A stretch of 64,000 nt of DNA from Eledone cirrhosa (Eukaryota). Under the pieces are notes generated by a model. That model was not told where the DNA came from. It did no database searches and saw only the letters and a list, made by a program, of their open reading frames with translations. Of the stretch, positions 12,046-26,009 are shown one piece after another; the stretch's first letter is position 1; every line of letters begins with the position of its first letter. The position numbers and the translations under genes were made by a program. The DNA lies in contig OZ024741.1 in NCBI GenBank assembly GCA_964016885.1, positions 111,910,001 through 111,974,000 on the forward strand, given 5' to 3'.

Positions 12046-12050
<5 letters not shown>
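11855..12050 (+). mobile_element. tRNA-derived SINE
   Basis: GGGGCGGTGGATTGGCAGTATCGG...GAGTTCAAATCC...GCCTTTCATCCTTACGGGGTCGATAAAATAAAGTACCAG...GTAGAAAC. Confidence 0.85.
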
Positions 12051-12086
<36 letters not shown>

Positions 12087-12142
12087 TACATATATATATA
12101 TACATATATATATATATACACACACATATATATATATACATT

Positions 12143-12305
12143 GACGAAACATAAGTCAATTGCATGAACTCATAATCCTTTATTTGCTGCTATATATATT
12201 TCGATGATAGCCATTGAATGGCTATGACCTCTTCAGGCAGTTAGTCAGTTCTTAGATATATCAGCTCTGTGTTTATAGTGTTGATGGTATCAGAGCCTTG
12301 GGACA
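12143..12305 (-). repeat. Second copy of the ~165-bp H1 ribozyme unit (HHR at ~12187-12240, core CTGAAGA)
   Basis: Homologous to 4722-4884 with matching ends; embedded between microsatellites. Confidence 0.8.
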
Positions 12306-12415
<110 letters not shown>

Positions 12416-12614
12416 TCTTTTCCTGAGTCCTGTATTTTCGTTACTCTAGTGATGCGGCTGGACTGCCGATCTGTATATTTGATTTGCTAAGCTGTCTAAA
12501 CGTATTGTTATTACTCTGGGGTACTTTTCCCCATCCGAGTGCTAAAGCTACAGACCGAATTTGCATTCGTTAGCTTGGCCGCGAACTAAAGCTTCGTTAA
12601 TGCTGTACTAAAAT

Positions 12615-12649
<35 letters not shown>

Positions 12650-12698
12650 GAATTTGTGGACGCAATATAGCAGATACTAATCGAACTGTTTGAAGCAG

Positions 12699-12766
<68 letters not shown>

Positions 12767-12816
12767 CGTTGTTGCCTTGGCCACCGCCATAACTTCGATT
12801 TTACTAACCTTCCACT

Positions 12817-12935
<119 letters not shown>

Positions 12936-13627
12936 TCACATACACATAAAATCAGTGCTGAAATAAAACTTGACATGTTATCAAGAAATGATATTTCATG
13001 TGTAAAAGGATTTAGAAACAACTCAATGAAACAGAAAAATTATTATCTGGATCAGTATATTGCTATTATGAAACATCTAATACTTAAATCTAAATCTTTG
13101 TAGCACACTAAAATAGCACGTTCGCAATACGTATCGAAATACATATAGGCGGGCATTAAAAACATCATAACTTCATTTACATGCGTATTTAATAGAAATA
13201 TACTTGCAAAAGCATAAAGAAATGTTCCTAACTTCATCAAAGGCTGCGAACATAGCCAAGCAAACTGGAAATATAATTTAAAATAGAAAGTACGAGGCAG
13301 GTTAAAAAGTAATATGCAGATATAAAGATCTGAAAACGTCGCTTGTGTTGTGTAATCACTATTAATTTTCGGTGTAGAGAATTTTACAAAAAGAACTCGC
13401 GTCCAAAAATAAAAAAAAATAAAACAGTTTTATTTGAACATAGGTATTATAACGACAGTTACAGTTATATTACCGATGACATAACAGATTTACAGACTCG
13501 CAGAATAGCACAAAGTAGTTCAGATTTAGGAGAGACGCACTGAAATAGATACAATCGTATATAGATCACAGAATTTATACACACTCACATACACATACAT
13601 ACATACATACATGCATACATATATATA

Positions 13628-13717
<90 letters not shown>

Positions 13718-14459
13718 AGTTATTCCGGGTTGAATCGGAGGTAACCACAGTAAGTAAGATATTCAATAGATAGCAGAGTATAAATGTTTTAATATAGAAG
13801 AGATTCTACAGGACTATATATATATATATATATATAAATTCAGCGAGAATCGTATTTCGGCGAGTAGAAATAAGCGAAACGCAATTTCCGAGTCATACTG
13901 GCAAGCGCTCCGTGGACCAAAAGAGACCAGAGCAATAAACTCCCGAGTCTTACAATTAATCGGTTCATTTTTTTAGACAATTTTTTTTAGATAATTCTAT
14001 TGACTGATTAATTGCATAAGTTTATTTCAAAAACTACCCGGTCGAGAGCTTAATTCGATTTGTGCTGTTTTTGCAATTTTTGCATTGATTTACACATACT
14101 GAATTCATTTGCCAAAATCTAGGGTTTTCTCCCTTGTGTGTTACACATGTGCTTTCACTGCTACAAAACACTATATGATCCACAACGCTGGCGCAGAACA
14201 AAATACCTGTTGTTAACGTGATAGCCTTGTTCGATCTTTATACCAAAAGCTTATTATTTTAAGCAGACAGTATTATTGATTTAGGTGTTGCAGAAACCTT
14301 GTACTGGATTATACTATCATTTCCAAGGGTCCGGGTGAATATTTCATTTATTTTGTTTGACCCCTTTAGCTTGCCTCGTTTTTTTGGGCTTGGGTGGTTG
14401 ATAGCTTCTTAACTGCCATCTCAGTTTGCATGGCCTCCTATGTATATATATATTTATAT

Positions 14460-14901
14460 ATAGTATAAAAGAGAAAACACAGGTAAGCATTAAGAGAAGG
14501 ATTTTATCCAGGTATTTACGACTGTTTCATTGGTAAGTGCAACCTTATATTGCTATACTGCAAATAGCAGCCACTCAATTATAATTGTTGTTCACGTCCA
14601 AATTTTCAAAATAGTGAGTAAGTTACTCTTGAAATAGTTCTTAATATATAGAGAAAAACATTTTTTAAAAATCGTATTTACTAGTATAGAGAGAGAGAGG
14701 AAGAGGAATTAGAAGGTGAGGGGACAAACGGAATAGTTTAGAGAGAGAGAAGAAGGGGGAGAAAGAGTTAGGAAGTAGAGTGACACACTGAGATGGAGGG
14801 AGGGGTAGAGGTGGAAGGATTCCTTGATCAGTTTTGATACGTAGACTTCATGTCGTCGATTGTAGTGAGATAAAGAGAATTAAATTGATCATAGTGGAAG
14901 G

Positions 14902-14964
<63 letters not shown>

Positions 14965-17735
14965 GATATAAAGAGATAAATATATATATAAAAAAATAAA
15001 GATAAAGATAATAATGACAAAAATAAAAGCAAAGAAGGGGGGGGGGGGGAGAAAGAAGAAAAGAAAAGATAGCCGAAAAGGGGAGGGAAGAAAGGAAGAA
15101 AACGAAGAAATAGAAGAGGAATGAAGGAGAAGGGAGGGATATAGGTATTGGTTTTTGTGGGTAATTAAAAGGGTTAGATACAATAAGAGGGTATAAAGTC
15201 TAAGTATATGCAGTTTGTCAGTTGGTAGTAAGAGGTTAAGGGTTCGATTTGCACTTGTAGTGCGAAAACTTTTCTTTGAGTCTATGGTTACAATAAATTG
15301 ATCTTTCGATTTTATTGTTGGGTAACTTCTTCGAACTCAAAATGTGGAACAGCTCAAGGTCACATAATCGACAGCTTCTCATACGACTCCGATATGGGGG
15401 CGCGTTCGATAATTTGTTCCACTTCAGGGTGTATTGATGGTTACTTTCCCTCAGTTGCCAGGTCTTGTTTGCAAGGGTAGTTACATAACAATGCTGGGAA
15501 TGTTTCATTGCGTAACGGTGTGTATACCAACGGGCTTTAAATGTATTCCCAGTCGCTCCGATGTAATACCATTTCTGGTTGTCTGATTTCACTGTGCATT
15601 GCTAAATCAGGTTAGACTGCATACATTCATTATGTAATGGACAGGTTTCAGGTAGGTGGCAGTTACAATTCTTGTCATGGGCAACTTTGGCATTATTGGT
15701 GGGCTGCGATGCCTGTACAAGTGTGTTACGTTTTGTTTGCCTATTAGTGGGTGGTTGTGTATTAGATATTCTGTTGTGTTCAATGGTGATTGTATTGTTA
15801 TTGTTATAAATTTGTGTTTTGGTGTTGTTATGTATCTTTTAAGCGTTAAGCATCTTAATGTGTGCCTCTATATTTGGTGCCGTGGAGTAAGATAGTCTAA
15901 TAGATTTAGTGTTAAGAATTTTGCTGTATCTATGTGAATCTGGAAAGTGCTTATTTATTATTCTAAAGAAGGTAGAGGGTAGGTTAGTACTAATAGAGGT
16001 GTTAAATATGGGGTTATACCAAATATATTTTCTACTGCGTGACTTGTTTGATTTTGATGTTGTATTTCTATTTACCGTATAATTTGAAGTTCTATGCGTA
16101 AATGCGTGTGTGCGTGTGTTTCTGGAGTTTGTGTTATGCGTGTTCGTGTGCGCTTTGCGGAGGCTTTCATCTATATATTCTACTCTATCTAAGTGGCTTG
16201 CCTTGTCTAATGCGGTATTGTAGTATTCTGCATGTTCCTCGAAGATTTGTCGGTTAGACGAGAGGCAGGAGATCCTAAGGGATATGCTGCGTGGAATGGA
16301 TTTAATTATGGATAGTGGGTGGTTTGAGTTACAGTTGATGTATGCTAAGTTTTCATTAATCTTGTGAAAAGGTCTTATAAGTCCCGTATTTAGGTTAAGC
16401 GTCGCGTCTAAAAAGTTAACTGTTTTAGTGCTATACTCATACGTTATGCTTAAGGCCTAGTTTCCCGAGAGTCTTTCTAATATTCTTACGGAGTCTTTCT
16501 ATGCTCTGGTTATTTAGGTTCTTAACTAGGAGAAGGGCGTCGTCTCTGTAGATTCCACCGTGAAGGTCGCTAAACTCACTCTGTAAACTACGGGCTATGT
16601 AAATACCTACTAAATCTGTGACTTGAGCCGAGTCGTTAGCCCCCATCGTGATGTCAAAGTTATTTAATCTATCCTTACGTTCCCAATAGGCGTTTTCAAA
16701 TTTAATTATTGTTTTCCTAGCTGCTAATATGATTTTTATCTCGTCGTCTGTTAGGTCAGAATTGGCTTTGGCGAATGCTAAGGCTTTATCCAAGGTGTTG
16801 GGGGATATAGAGGAGTAATAGTCGTTAATGTCAAATTGTAGAAATTTAGATACTTTTTTGTTAGCTATATTGTTAAACCACTTAATTGTTTCGGTAGCGT
16901 TACCCCATAGTTTAATCACTAGTTTATTCTTAATTGTGCTATCACTCTGTCTAATATATGTTTACTAATTTTCCCGATGTCCGATTTGGACGGGCATATA
17001 AGTCTAATTGTGGGGTTATAATCAAAATTTACCTTGTGGTCCTTGAGATTAAATGTGGGGGTACATGGCCTAAGTGGCTCCGTTCTGTCGTCTATTCCTA
17101 GGTGTTTGGCTATATTGTGTGCCTCGTTGTTGATGTTTATCAGTGCCGCCTCATTAGTTTTTTTATGTATTTCCTATGTAATTCTTTCCGTATGAAGCTA
17201 TTGTATGTATTAACATCCATCGTATACACATTTGAGGTTTTGTCCGCTTTAAAAATTGGTAGTTTGCAGCTTTTTTAGGAATGTATTTATGTCATTCTGG
17301 AGTTTATTATTCCTCCGCTTTTTGAATTTGATATTCATAATCATCTTCAGTAAGTCCTGTTCAAAGGCATCCAGTTGAGGTTTGGTAGGTGGGTTCTTAC
17401 ACGATTTGAAGCCGTATGCTTCCTTGTTGTATTCCACTACGTCCTTTGTTGAAATGGAAAGTTTTCCATCTAACTCGGCGTATAAAGTCGTTTGTTCGCT
17501 GTATCATCTCGAGGGTATAATCCTTTCTCAAAGGTATAGGAATGTTCTTTAGGGACATACCTATGTAATGCTTTTCCATAGTAGTACCGTATGTTTAGGT
17601 GGTTGCTCGACCGATAAGGAGCCTGTAGTTAGAAACTTGTGGAGTTACCCTTAACCGTACGTTGAAACCGTCCATGAAACTGGCTTTCTTAACCACGAAC
17701 TGGATCACAATAAGCAATTTTCTGCTTCACTAACT
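14460..17735 (-). mobile_element. Near full-length decayed PLE (YRDD lineage)
   Basis: MEKHYIGMSLKNIPIP...FIRRVRWK (17397-17579); FLQFDINDYYSSI...FDITMGANDSAQVTDLVG...GGIYRDD (16437-16919); CNCHLPETCPLHNEC; YYIGATGNTFKARWYTH...CRLCDLE (15236-15592). Several frameshifts and stops. Confidence 0.9.
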
Positions 17736-18209
17736 ATATATATATATATATATACTTGATACAATTTGGAAAGAGAAGACATCAAACAAAAACAGAATGT
17801 CTTAACATTTTTTTTTAAGATAAAAAGACAAACGAAAGAGACAGAACTCTATGTTCATCAGCCGTTGACATGAACTTTGGCAGTTTCGACTCTTATTGAT
17901 AGTACTGCTGGTCTACCTGCGGTCACAAGCCAAAGCGCTGTACGAGGAGTAAAAGACAAGACAAAACAACTTACAGCAATTAAGCCATTACAGATATACA
18001 TAAAATGTTACATGTTGACTAGGAGAAGGTATTGTGCTTTTTATAGAAACGATAGTCTCGCGTGACTGAAAAAAGGAAAAACAGTAAGGAAAAAAAGGCA
18101 AATAGAAGAAAGTAAGATTTGGTGTTAAAAATGTAAACCATTGAAATTATTGGAGGGAGAAGAAAGAACACATTCGTCACAGATTAATAATAAGATTAGG
18201 AAAATTATA

Positions 18210-18249
<40 letters not shown>

Positions 18250-18252
<3 letters not shown>

Positions 18253-19167
18253 GTGAAAAATGGAACGGGAACAAAACAGTACGAACAAAGGTTTATTAAT
18301 CACGCTCTTGAGAGTAGGGGGGGGGGCGTTTCGGGCATAAGCCCTTCTTCAGGCGAAAAGTGGGTGGGAAGAGAGTTCCGAGGGTGTGTAGGGGAGTGGA
18401 GGAGAGGCATTTAGAAACAAAGGGGGGTGGAAGGGGTACAAATAAAAATAAAAAATAAAAAAATAAACATGAAGATAAACAAGTGGTGGAAGGGTGTGGG
18501 GCGTGTAGGGGTGGTGGCGGGTGGAGTGGGGAGAGGGAGGCGGGGTGTCCGAGCGGGGAGGGCTGAAGGTGGTGTACGTGTGTGTGTGTGTATGTGAATG
18601 TGAGAGTTGGAGGAAGAACGAGGTTCCATGTTCAGGAAAAGGTGTGTGTGTTGGGTGGGGTGTAGGTCGGTGTGTGCGTGTGGATGGGGAGGGGTCAGAG
18701 GGGTGGGGGAGGTGGGAGAGTATTTCGGAGGCTGAGTGTGTATATATGTGGGGACACGCACGTGTATGTGGTGTTTATACGTTTTGTGGATGTAGGTGGC
18801 TTGGTTCGAAAATATATTTTTTTTAGTGTATGTCCGTGGGTAAGTTCCTAAGGTAGTTCCATCGAGGGTGTGAAGAGTTGCCGGATATTTTCCATGTGAG
18901 GGAGTAGAGAGTGGGAACGATGGCCAATGATGTGTAATCCGTTGTTGTGTTGGTCGGAAGAGGGGAGATGTGGGGTGCGCGCTTAACAGGAAGTGGTCAG
19001 AGGGTCAAGGCAGGATGAGGGTAGAGGAGAATGACAGGTGGAGAGGGCTATGTGTCTGTGTGTGCGGAGGTGCGGTGAACAGGGGAGAGGATGGGTAGGT
19101 GTGAAAGGTGGAGTGGGGAGGGTGTCATGCGGGGGGATGGGGGTGTATTAGTAGAGATGTTAGTGGG

Positions 19168-19212
<45 letters not shown>

Positions 19213-20947
19213 GGGGTGTGGGTGGAGCAGGGAGAGGGAGAGAAAAGGTGTGGGGGCCGGTGGAGGGAGTGTAGTGTACTGCTGTGAGTGTGCGTGTTTG
19301 GATGAGTGTGTGTTAGTGGGTGTTAGTATACTGGTGGTGGGGAAAGGGTTGAATGCGGGTGTGTTAGTGGGGGTCAGTGGTGGTAGGGTGTGTAGAGTGG
19401 GTGGTGTAAGGGGGTGTGGGTGTGTGTGTATATTCGTGTGGATGAGGTCGGGGGGATGTTAGTGGTATTAGTTGTGGGGTGGTGGGAGTGGATGTGTAGG
19501 TGAGGGTTAGTGGTGGTAGTAGAGTGTGTGGATAGTGTAAGTGCGTGTATATATGTACCGGTGGGTGTGTGCGTGATGGGGAGTGGGGTGGGGATGTTAG
19601 TATTGTTAGTTGGGGGAGGGTGATCGGGGTGGGGTGTCAGTATTGTTAGTTGTGGGGTGGGCCAAGGGGGTGGGCGGTGAAAAGGAGGAGTGTGTTAGTG
19701 GTGTTAGTGGGGGATATGTGTGTGTGTCGAGGGGTGGGAGGGGGGGCAGGGCGGTCGAAGGCTAAAGGAATAGGGTGGGGAGTTCAGGCCGGGGGAGTGT
19801 GGGTCTGTAGGGTGAAGATGGTGCGTTGTTCGACCCTGAGGCGGGTGGCGGGTGTTCCGTGGCATTGGAGTAGGCCACAGACTGTGAGGTGGTGCAAGGA
19901 ATGTGCAGGGGAGCCAAAGTGGCGGGCGATGGGGGAACTACCGCCGAGACGAATATCCTGGAGGTGTTCGGTTAAACGGTCCGCCAGGCGACGTCCAGTC
20001 TGTCCGACGTAGGTTGCACTGCAGTCCGTGCAGCGAAGTCCATAGACTAGGTTGGAGGAGGTGCAGCGGAAGGCATGCCGGACAGAGAGGGAGTGGCCGT
20101 TGGGACCCTGGAAGGTGGTGGTGTTGGTGATGTGGAGGCAGGTGTTGCAACGAGGCCTGGAACAGGGAAGGGAACCGGGGGGGGGGGAGCGTGGGTTGGG
20201 GGGTAGGGAGCTGCGGACGAGGAGGGTGCGGAGATTGCGTGGGCGTTTGAAGGAGGGGAATGGTGGGGATGGGAAGATGTGTGAGGTGGAGTGGTTGGAC
20301 TGGAGGCGTCGGAAGAGGCGGAGGATGGCGCGGTGGTGGGTTAGGGTGGAGAGGTGGTAGGTGATGGGAAGGGGAGACGGTGGGTGGGTGTGCGGTGGCG
20401 TGGGGTGAGGGTGGTGGAGCGGTGGACAGCACGGGCGCGAGTGAGGGCTGTGTGGACGAGGGGGGTAACTTCTGCGGATGAAATGGCTGACTAGGGAAAG
20501 GGCCTGGGACTCAAAGTCAGCATCTCGGCTGCAGAGGCGGCGGATCCTGAGGAGTTGGGAGTAGGGAATAGAATGTTTAGTGTGTGTAAGGTAGGAGGAG
20601 GTGAAGTCGAAGTAGGAGTCGGAGTCGGTGGGTTTGAAGAAGGCGGAGGTGACGAGGGAGTGGTGGGAGGGGTCGATGGCGACGGAGATGTCTAAGAAGT
20701 GGACGTGGGTGGTGGAGATAGAGGTGGTGAAGTGGAGGGAGGGGTGGAAGGAGCAGAAGAAGGAGAGAAAGGAGTCGAGCTGTTCTCGGGTGAGGGTCGT
20801 GGCTCCGATAGAGTCGTCGATGTAACGACCGTACAGTCGGGCGTGGGGCCGGTGTACTGGGCAAAGATTTGTACCTCAACATAGCCAACGAAAAGGTTGG
20901 CATAGTTTGGGCCATACTTGTGCCCATGGCTACCCCCGTGACCTGTA
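18250..20947 (-). mobile_element. 5'-truncated Neptune-like PLE, same family as 4928-9270
   Basis: High nucleotide similarity and the same 3' end CCGTTCCATTTTTCACTA at (TA)n; keeps an extra ~600 bp around 19170-19780. Confidence 0.9.
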
Positions 20948-21109
20948 TTCACATATATAAGAATGAATTTATGCATGTATGTTTGTGTTTGTTTAATCAT
21001 GAGTGAATGTGTGTATGTCAAGGCTTCAAGGCTGATCCAGTATCCTGTTACTCTTGAATTTATATTATATATTTAATATTTTACCCAAATGTTTGCAATA
21101 AAATATTAT

Positions 21110-21725
21110 TGGTGGATTATCAGTATTGTTAGAGCGTGGACAACATGATTAGTGGACTTTCTACGTTCTGTGTTCAAATCCCACTAATTTTAACTTTGCT
21201 TTCCATCCTCACGGGCTCGGTAAAGTAAAGCACAAGTAACCCATTGAGGTCAATTTAATTGAGTTTCCGCTGCCCCAAATCGTTGGACTTGTGCCTAAAT
21301 CAGAAACCCTTATTAAGGGAGGTGGATTGACAGTGTCGGTAGAGCATCGGACAAATGCTTCTTTATGTCATATAGTTACGTCCTTTTACGTTCAAAGTTC
21401 AAATCCCACCGAGATTAGCTTTGCCTTTCCTCCTTAAGAGGTCGCTAAAATAAAGTACCAATCACGCACTGAGATCGATTTAATCAACATTCACCTCCCC
21501 TCAAAATTGTTAGCTTTGTGCTTAAATCAGAAACCATTATTTTTTGGCAGTATCGGTAGAGGGTCGGACGCCATGCTTTGAAGCATAGAGTTACTTCCCT
21601 GTATGATCTGAGTTCAAATACCGCCGAGGTTAACTTTGCCTTTCATCCTTACGGGGTCGATAAAATAAAGTAGCAGTAATGCACTGGTTAATTGCTGGCC
21701 TTGTGCCAAAAGTAGAAACCATTAT
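21110..21725 (+). mobile_element. Three head-to-tail SINE copies; a further diverged copy lies at ~21880-22075
   Basis: GGTGGATT...GTTCAAAT...GCCTTT...AGAAACC units start near 21110, 21320 and 21545. Confidence 0.8.
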
Positions 21726-22212
21726 TTTTATTGTGTTGCAGACTATCAGTAAAAGTAGAGCAGTGTACAAGGTTCTCTATATATTCTTCTTCGTTCCACT
21801 TCGTTGATTCTGGGGCCTATACCATCAATATTACCATCGATCTAATAGATTCCATTCTACCATGATTTGTGACCTTATACACATGTTAGATCGTCAGACA
21901 AAATGCCTTGCAGTATTTGCTCTGATTGTTTACATTTTGAGTTGAAACCCCACCGAGGTCCAACATTTCTTTTATCATTTTACGGCTGATTAAATAAAAC
22001 ACCAGTCATCAATTACTGTATCAATTTATCATATTTTCCGTACCCCTTAAAATGGCCGAGGAGCCCAATTTAGAAAAACATTATTGTTTTTATTTTAATA
22101 TTTTAAATACTTTTATTATCCGTATATTTGAATTCATATCTATTTTGATATCAGACGTCTGACAGATAACTCATGGACTCTGCTTTATCTACGTATTTAT
22201 GTATACACACAT

Positions 22213-22273
<61 letters not shown>

Positions 22274-22451
22274 TGTGTGTTTATATATATATACGTATAT
22301 ATATATATATATATATACATACACACACAGACACACACACATATATATATATATATACATATACACACACATTCATCTATACATACACACATATACACAT
22401 ATACACATATACACATATACACACATACGTAAATGCCCACATACATGCATA

Positions 22452-22651
22452 NNNNNNNNNNNNNNNNNNNNNNNNNNNNNNNNNNNNNNNNNNNNNNNNN
22501 NNNNNNNNNNNNNNNNNNNNNNNNNNNNNNNNNNNNNNNNNNNNNNNNNNNNNNNNNNNNNNNNNNNNNNNNNNNNNNNNNNNNNNNNNNNNNNNNNNNN
22601 NNNNNNNNNNNNNNNNNNNNNNNNNNNNNNNNNNNNNNNNNNNNNNNNNNN
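22452..22651. other. Assembly gap (200 N)
   Basis: Run of N. Confidence 1.
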
Positions 22652-22770
22652 CAGAGTTTTCAAGTCGCTGGCTGGACTAAAAAGTCACACTCGTTTAGCG
22701 CATCGGTAGGGGTTCTACTACATGGATATAAAGTAGTGGCCGTACTCGAAAACGAGTTGGCAGCCACTAT
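22652..22770 (+). mobile_element. 3' end of an RTE-like LINE with (TATG)n tail
   Basis: RVFKSLAGLKSHTRLAHR*, then a short 3'UTR; homologous to 42915-43050. Confidence 0.6.
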
Positions 22771-22916
22771 GTATGTATGTATGTATGTATGTATGTATGT
22801 ATGTATGTATATATTCATGTATGTATGAATGTGTGTATGTATATATATATATCTGTAGCTATGTAGCTATGTATTTATGTATATTTGTACGCATACTCAC
22901 ACACACACGCACACAC

Positions 22917-22947
<31 letters not shown>

Positions 22948-23195
22948 TATACAGGGAAAGGAAAGTTGGATTAAAGAAGATCAATAAATTTGGAAGCAGT
23001 GAAATCAATAAAATCTGTATAGAAAGAAAAAGAATCGATAAATTTTGAAGATAGAAATGAATAAATTATCTAGTTTTTGCAAAGTAGTCTAGAAAAATTG
23101 TGGTGCAGTCGTGGTGCAGGGGGAGGAGATTTTACAAGATGTTGACATTTTTGGGTGTAATATATATATACATACATACATATACACACACACAC

Positions 23196-23228
<33 letters not shown>

Positions 23229-23230
23229 AT

Positions 23231-23276
<46 letters not shown>

Positions 23277-24169
23277 GTATACATATATATTTATGTGTAT
23301 ACATATATTTCAGAAAAAAATTCTTCAGGCGCCACTGATCTGAAATTATCTAAAATTATCATTTTATATGAAATATATCCATTATATTATATTACATCGC
23401 AGAAACGGATAAACGTTAGAAAAACGTTTGGAGGAAAAAATATGATAGTTTGCAACAATAGAGAGATACAGTTATGTTCCATTGCACTCTGATATCACAA
23501 CATGCCAAGATGAACTTCAACTACATCTTCAAATATTTTGGGTATGGTGGTGGTGGTGGTAGTGGTGGTGGTGGGGTGGAGGGGTGCGTCGAGTCGATAA
23601 AATTAAGTATGATTAATATCCTAGGGTCAGTATAATTGGCTGTTGTACTGTGTTGATGTTAGGGAGCTATATAACTACATTATGTATATTCACTATTTAA
23701 AATTTCACATACACAACATATATTATATTATACAGACAGATAGACAGACATACAGACAAACACACACACAAACGTTCACACGCATACGCACACACACACA
23801 TACACACAAACATATACACACACATTCTATGTGTAAATGTGTTTTACACGTTTATGGAAACTTGTAAAAATGCAATAGCATTATTTAATGTTTTTATGAT
23901 GTACATCCCCGCTATTATATAAACTGGTATTTCTTTGACGCGTATTTATCAAACTATCTATCTGTATATACGTATATATACGTATATACATATATATATA
24001 TATATATATATACAGAGAGAAGAGAGAGAGAGAGAGACCGTCGCGCCAAGCAGTTTCAGCTGCTTGGCGCCACGGTCGGGATTTTACATATTTCGATACC
24101 CACTTTGCATCTCACCATGCATTGAGTACTCCCATGATGTTTGGCCTCCTCTTTCTCAACACCATAGAC

Positions 24170-24255
<86 letters not shown>

Positions 24256-24256
<1 letters not shown>

Positions 24257-24447
24257 CGAAGGAAATGTGGTAAGGAACCAGGTGGACCATAACGCACCAA
24301 AGTACTCAATACTTAGGGTAGTAGAGTGGGTAATAGGAACAAGTAAGACCCCGACGGCTGAGCTCAAGCCGTTTCGACGGCTAATTCAGGACGTCCAGAA
24401 TTGGCCGTCGAAACGGCTTGAGCTCAGCCGTCGGGGTCTTACTTGTT

Positions 24448-24451
<4 letters not shown>
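24256..24451. repeat. Solo PLE 3' end with a fold-back inversion
   Basis: 24256-24390 is the reverse complement of ~62150-62286. The palindrome is ATAGGAACAAG...GGCTAATTC/GAATTGGCC...CTTGTTCCTAT. (TA)n lies on both sides. Confidence 0.85.
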
Positions 24452-24482
<31 letters not shown>

Positions 24483-24547
24483 TAGATTGAGTTAGAAAAT
24501 CAAAATATTCTTTTACAGTTAAATAAATATATTCATCATCATATATT

Positions 24548-24720
24548 CATCATCATCATCATCATCATCATCGTTTAACGTCCATCTTCCACGCTAGGAT
24601 GGGTCTGGACGGGAATTGTCCCACTTGAGGCAAGATTGGTTGTCTTGCTCAGGACTGTCTGGCAGGCTTTCTATGGCTGGATGCCCTTCCTAACACCAAC
24701 CATGTTTACAGTGTGGACTG
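24548..24720 (-). mobile_element. Retroposon 3'-end fragment with (ATG)n tail (RTE-related SINE/LINE)
   Basis: (CAT)n-CGTTTAACGTCC...GGCTGGATGCCCTTCCTAACACCAACC, a motif typical of RTE-related 3' ends. Confidence 0.5.
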
Positions 24721-25019
24721 GGAGGTTTTTACCGTGTTACCTACACGGCCACATTACAGCGTGGACTGTGTGTTTTTTTGTCATGACACCTACACAACCT
24801 CATTTATTTAGGACTGGGTGTTGTGGTACCAACATAACTTTACATAGAAAGGGGTGGTGTAGATCGGGGTGGAGGTAGGGGTAGTGGGACGGGGGTGTAT
24901 TTTGGTTAAGAGGTGCCTACTGACTGTAGGTTTAGCTTTGTACTTAGGCAAGTATTACTGCGTAGCGCCAAAGATCTCGGTCGAGTGACATTGTCTTGGA
25001 GTGGTGTAAGTGTGTAAGA

Positions 25020-25208
25020 TAATAAAAGAGTGAAGAATAACAGGGATCAGCTCTACAGTAGGGTTTATTCCATGTATTAACAAATGTTTCATTGGTCCGG
25101 TGTGTCTAATAATGGCTATATGTAGTATTACCATGACAATCGATTTTAAGTAAAGTTACAACCCTACTGTATAGCTGATCCATGTTATTCTTCACTCCTT
25201 CATTATTA
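25020..25208. repeat. Inverted repeat with ~45-bp arms
   Basis: GAGTGAAGAATAACAGGGATCAGCTCTACAGTAGGGTT / AACCCTACTGTATAGCTGATCCATGTTATTCTTCACTC. Confidence 0.8.
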
Positions 25209-25366
25209 ATACTCCAGGAACTGCTTACCTAGGAACTGTCTGGAATCGGCCACCGCAACTAAGTAAACATCTTGTCGAGTCAAACAACGCCAAACGTTAG
25301 AATCATCCACGGCACAGATTACTCATAACCTCTACTTGAATTACCTTAAATGATACCTCGTTTACT

Positions 25367-25434
<68 letters not shown>

Positions 25435-25444
<10 letters not shown>

Positions 25445-25838
25445 TAAACGGAATAGAAAATGCAGACAAATTGTTCACAGTTGAAAAATGGTTTAATTAG
25501 GAATAAAAGAGTATTAGTGATTGTATGGGTTAGTATTCAGTTGTGGTTTTAAGTTTTTAAGTTTTTACCGGTTGCGCATTTCTAAATGCTTTTCAAAAAT
25601 AATTTTGAGATAGAGTGTCCGTGCTGTTTGCTCTGATCAGAGCAAACAGCACGGACACTCTATCTCAAAATTATTTTTGAAAAGCATTTAGAAATGCGCA
25701 ACCGGTAAAAACTTAAAAACTTAAAACCACAACTGAATACTAACCCATACAATCACTAATACTCTTTTATTCCTAATTAAACCATTTTTCAACTGTGAAC
25801 AATTTGTCAGCATTTTCTATTCCGTTTACCAATATATA
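25435..25838. repeat. ~404-bp spacerless palindrome
   Basis: Axis CTCTGA|TCAGAG at 25636/25637; I saw only one mismatch between the arms. Confidence 0.95.
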
Positions 25839-25871
25839 ATAACTTGTGTGTTACACCTCTATTCTTTTAAC

Positions 25872-26009
<138 letters not shown>

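Noticed and set aside
11855-12050. tRNA gene calls for A/B-box sequences
   Set aside because: No cloverleaf, and the sequences are multicopy with a conserved body and tail; they are SINE heads.
15590-15680. Possible selenocysteine recoding, as in Naiad PLEs
   Set aside because: The stop is TAG at a conserved Tyr position, the Cys codons are normal and the endonuclease is C-terminal; simple decay.
21110-21725. CRISPR-like repeat array
   Set aside because: The units are ~200-bp SINEs without unique spacers, in a eukaryotic context.
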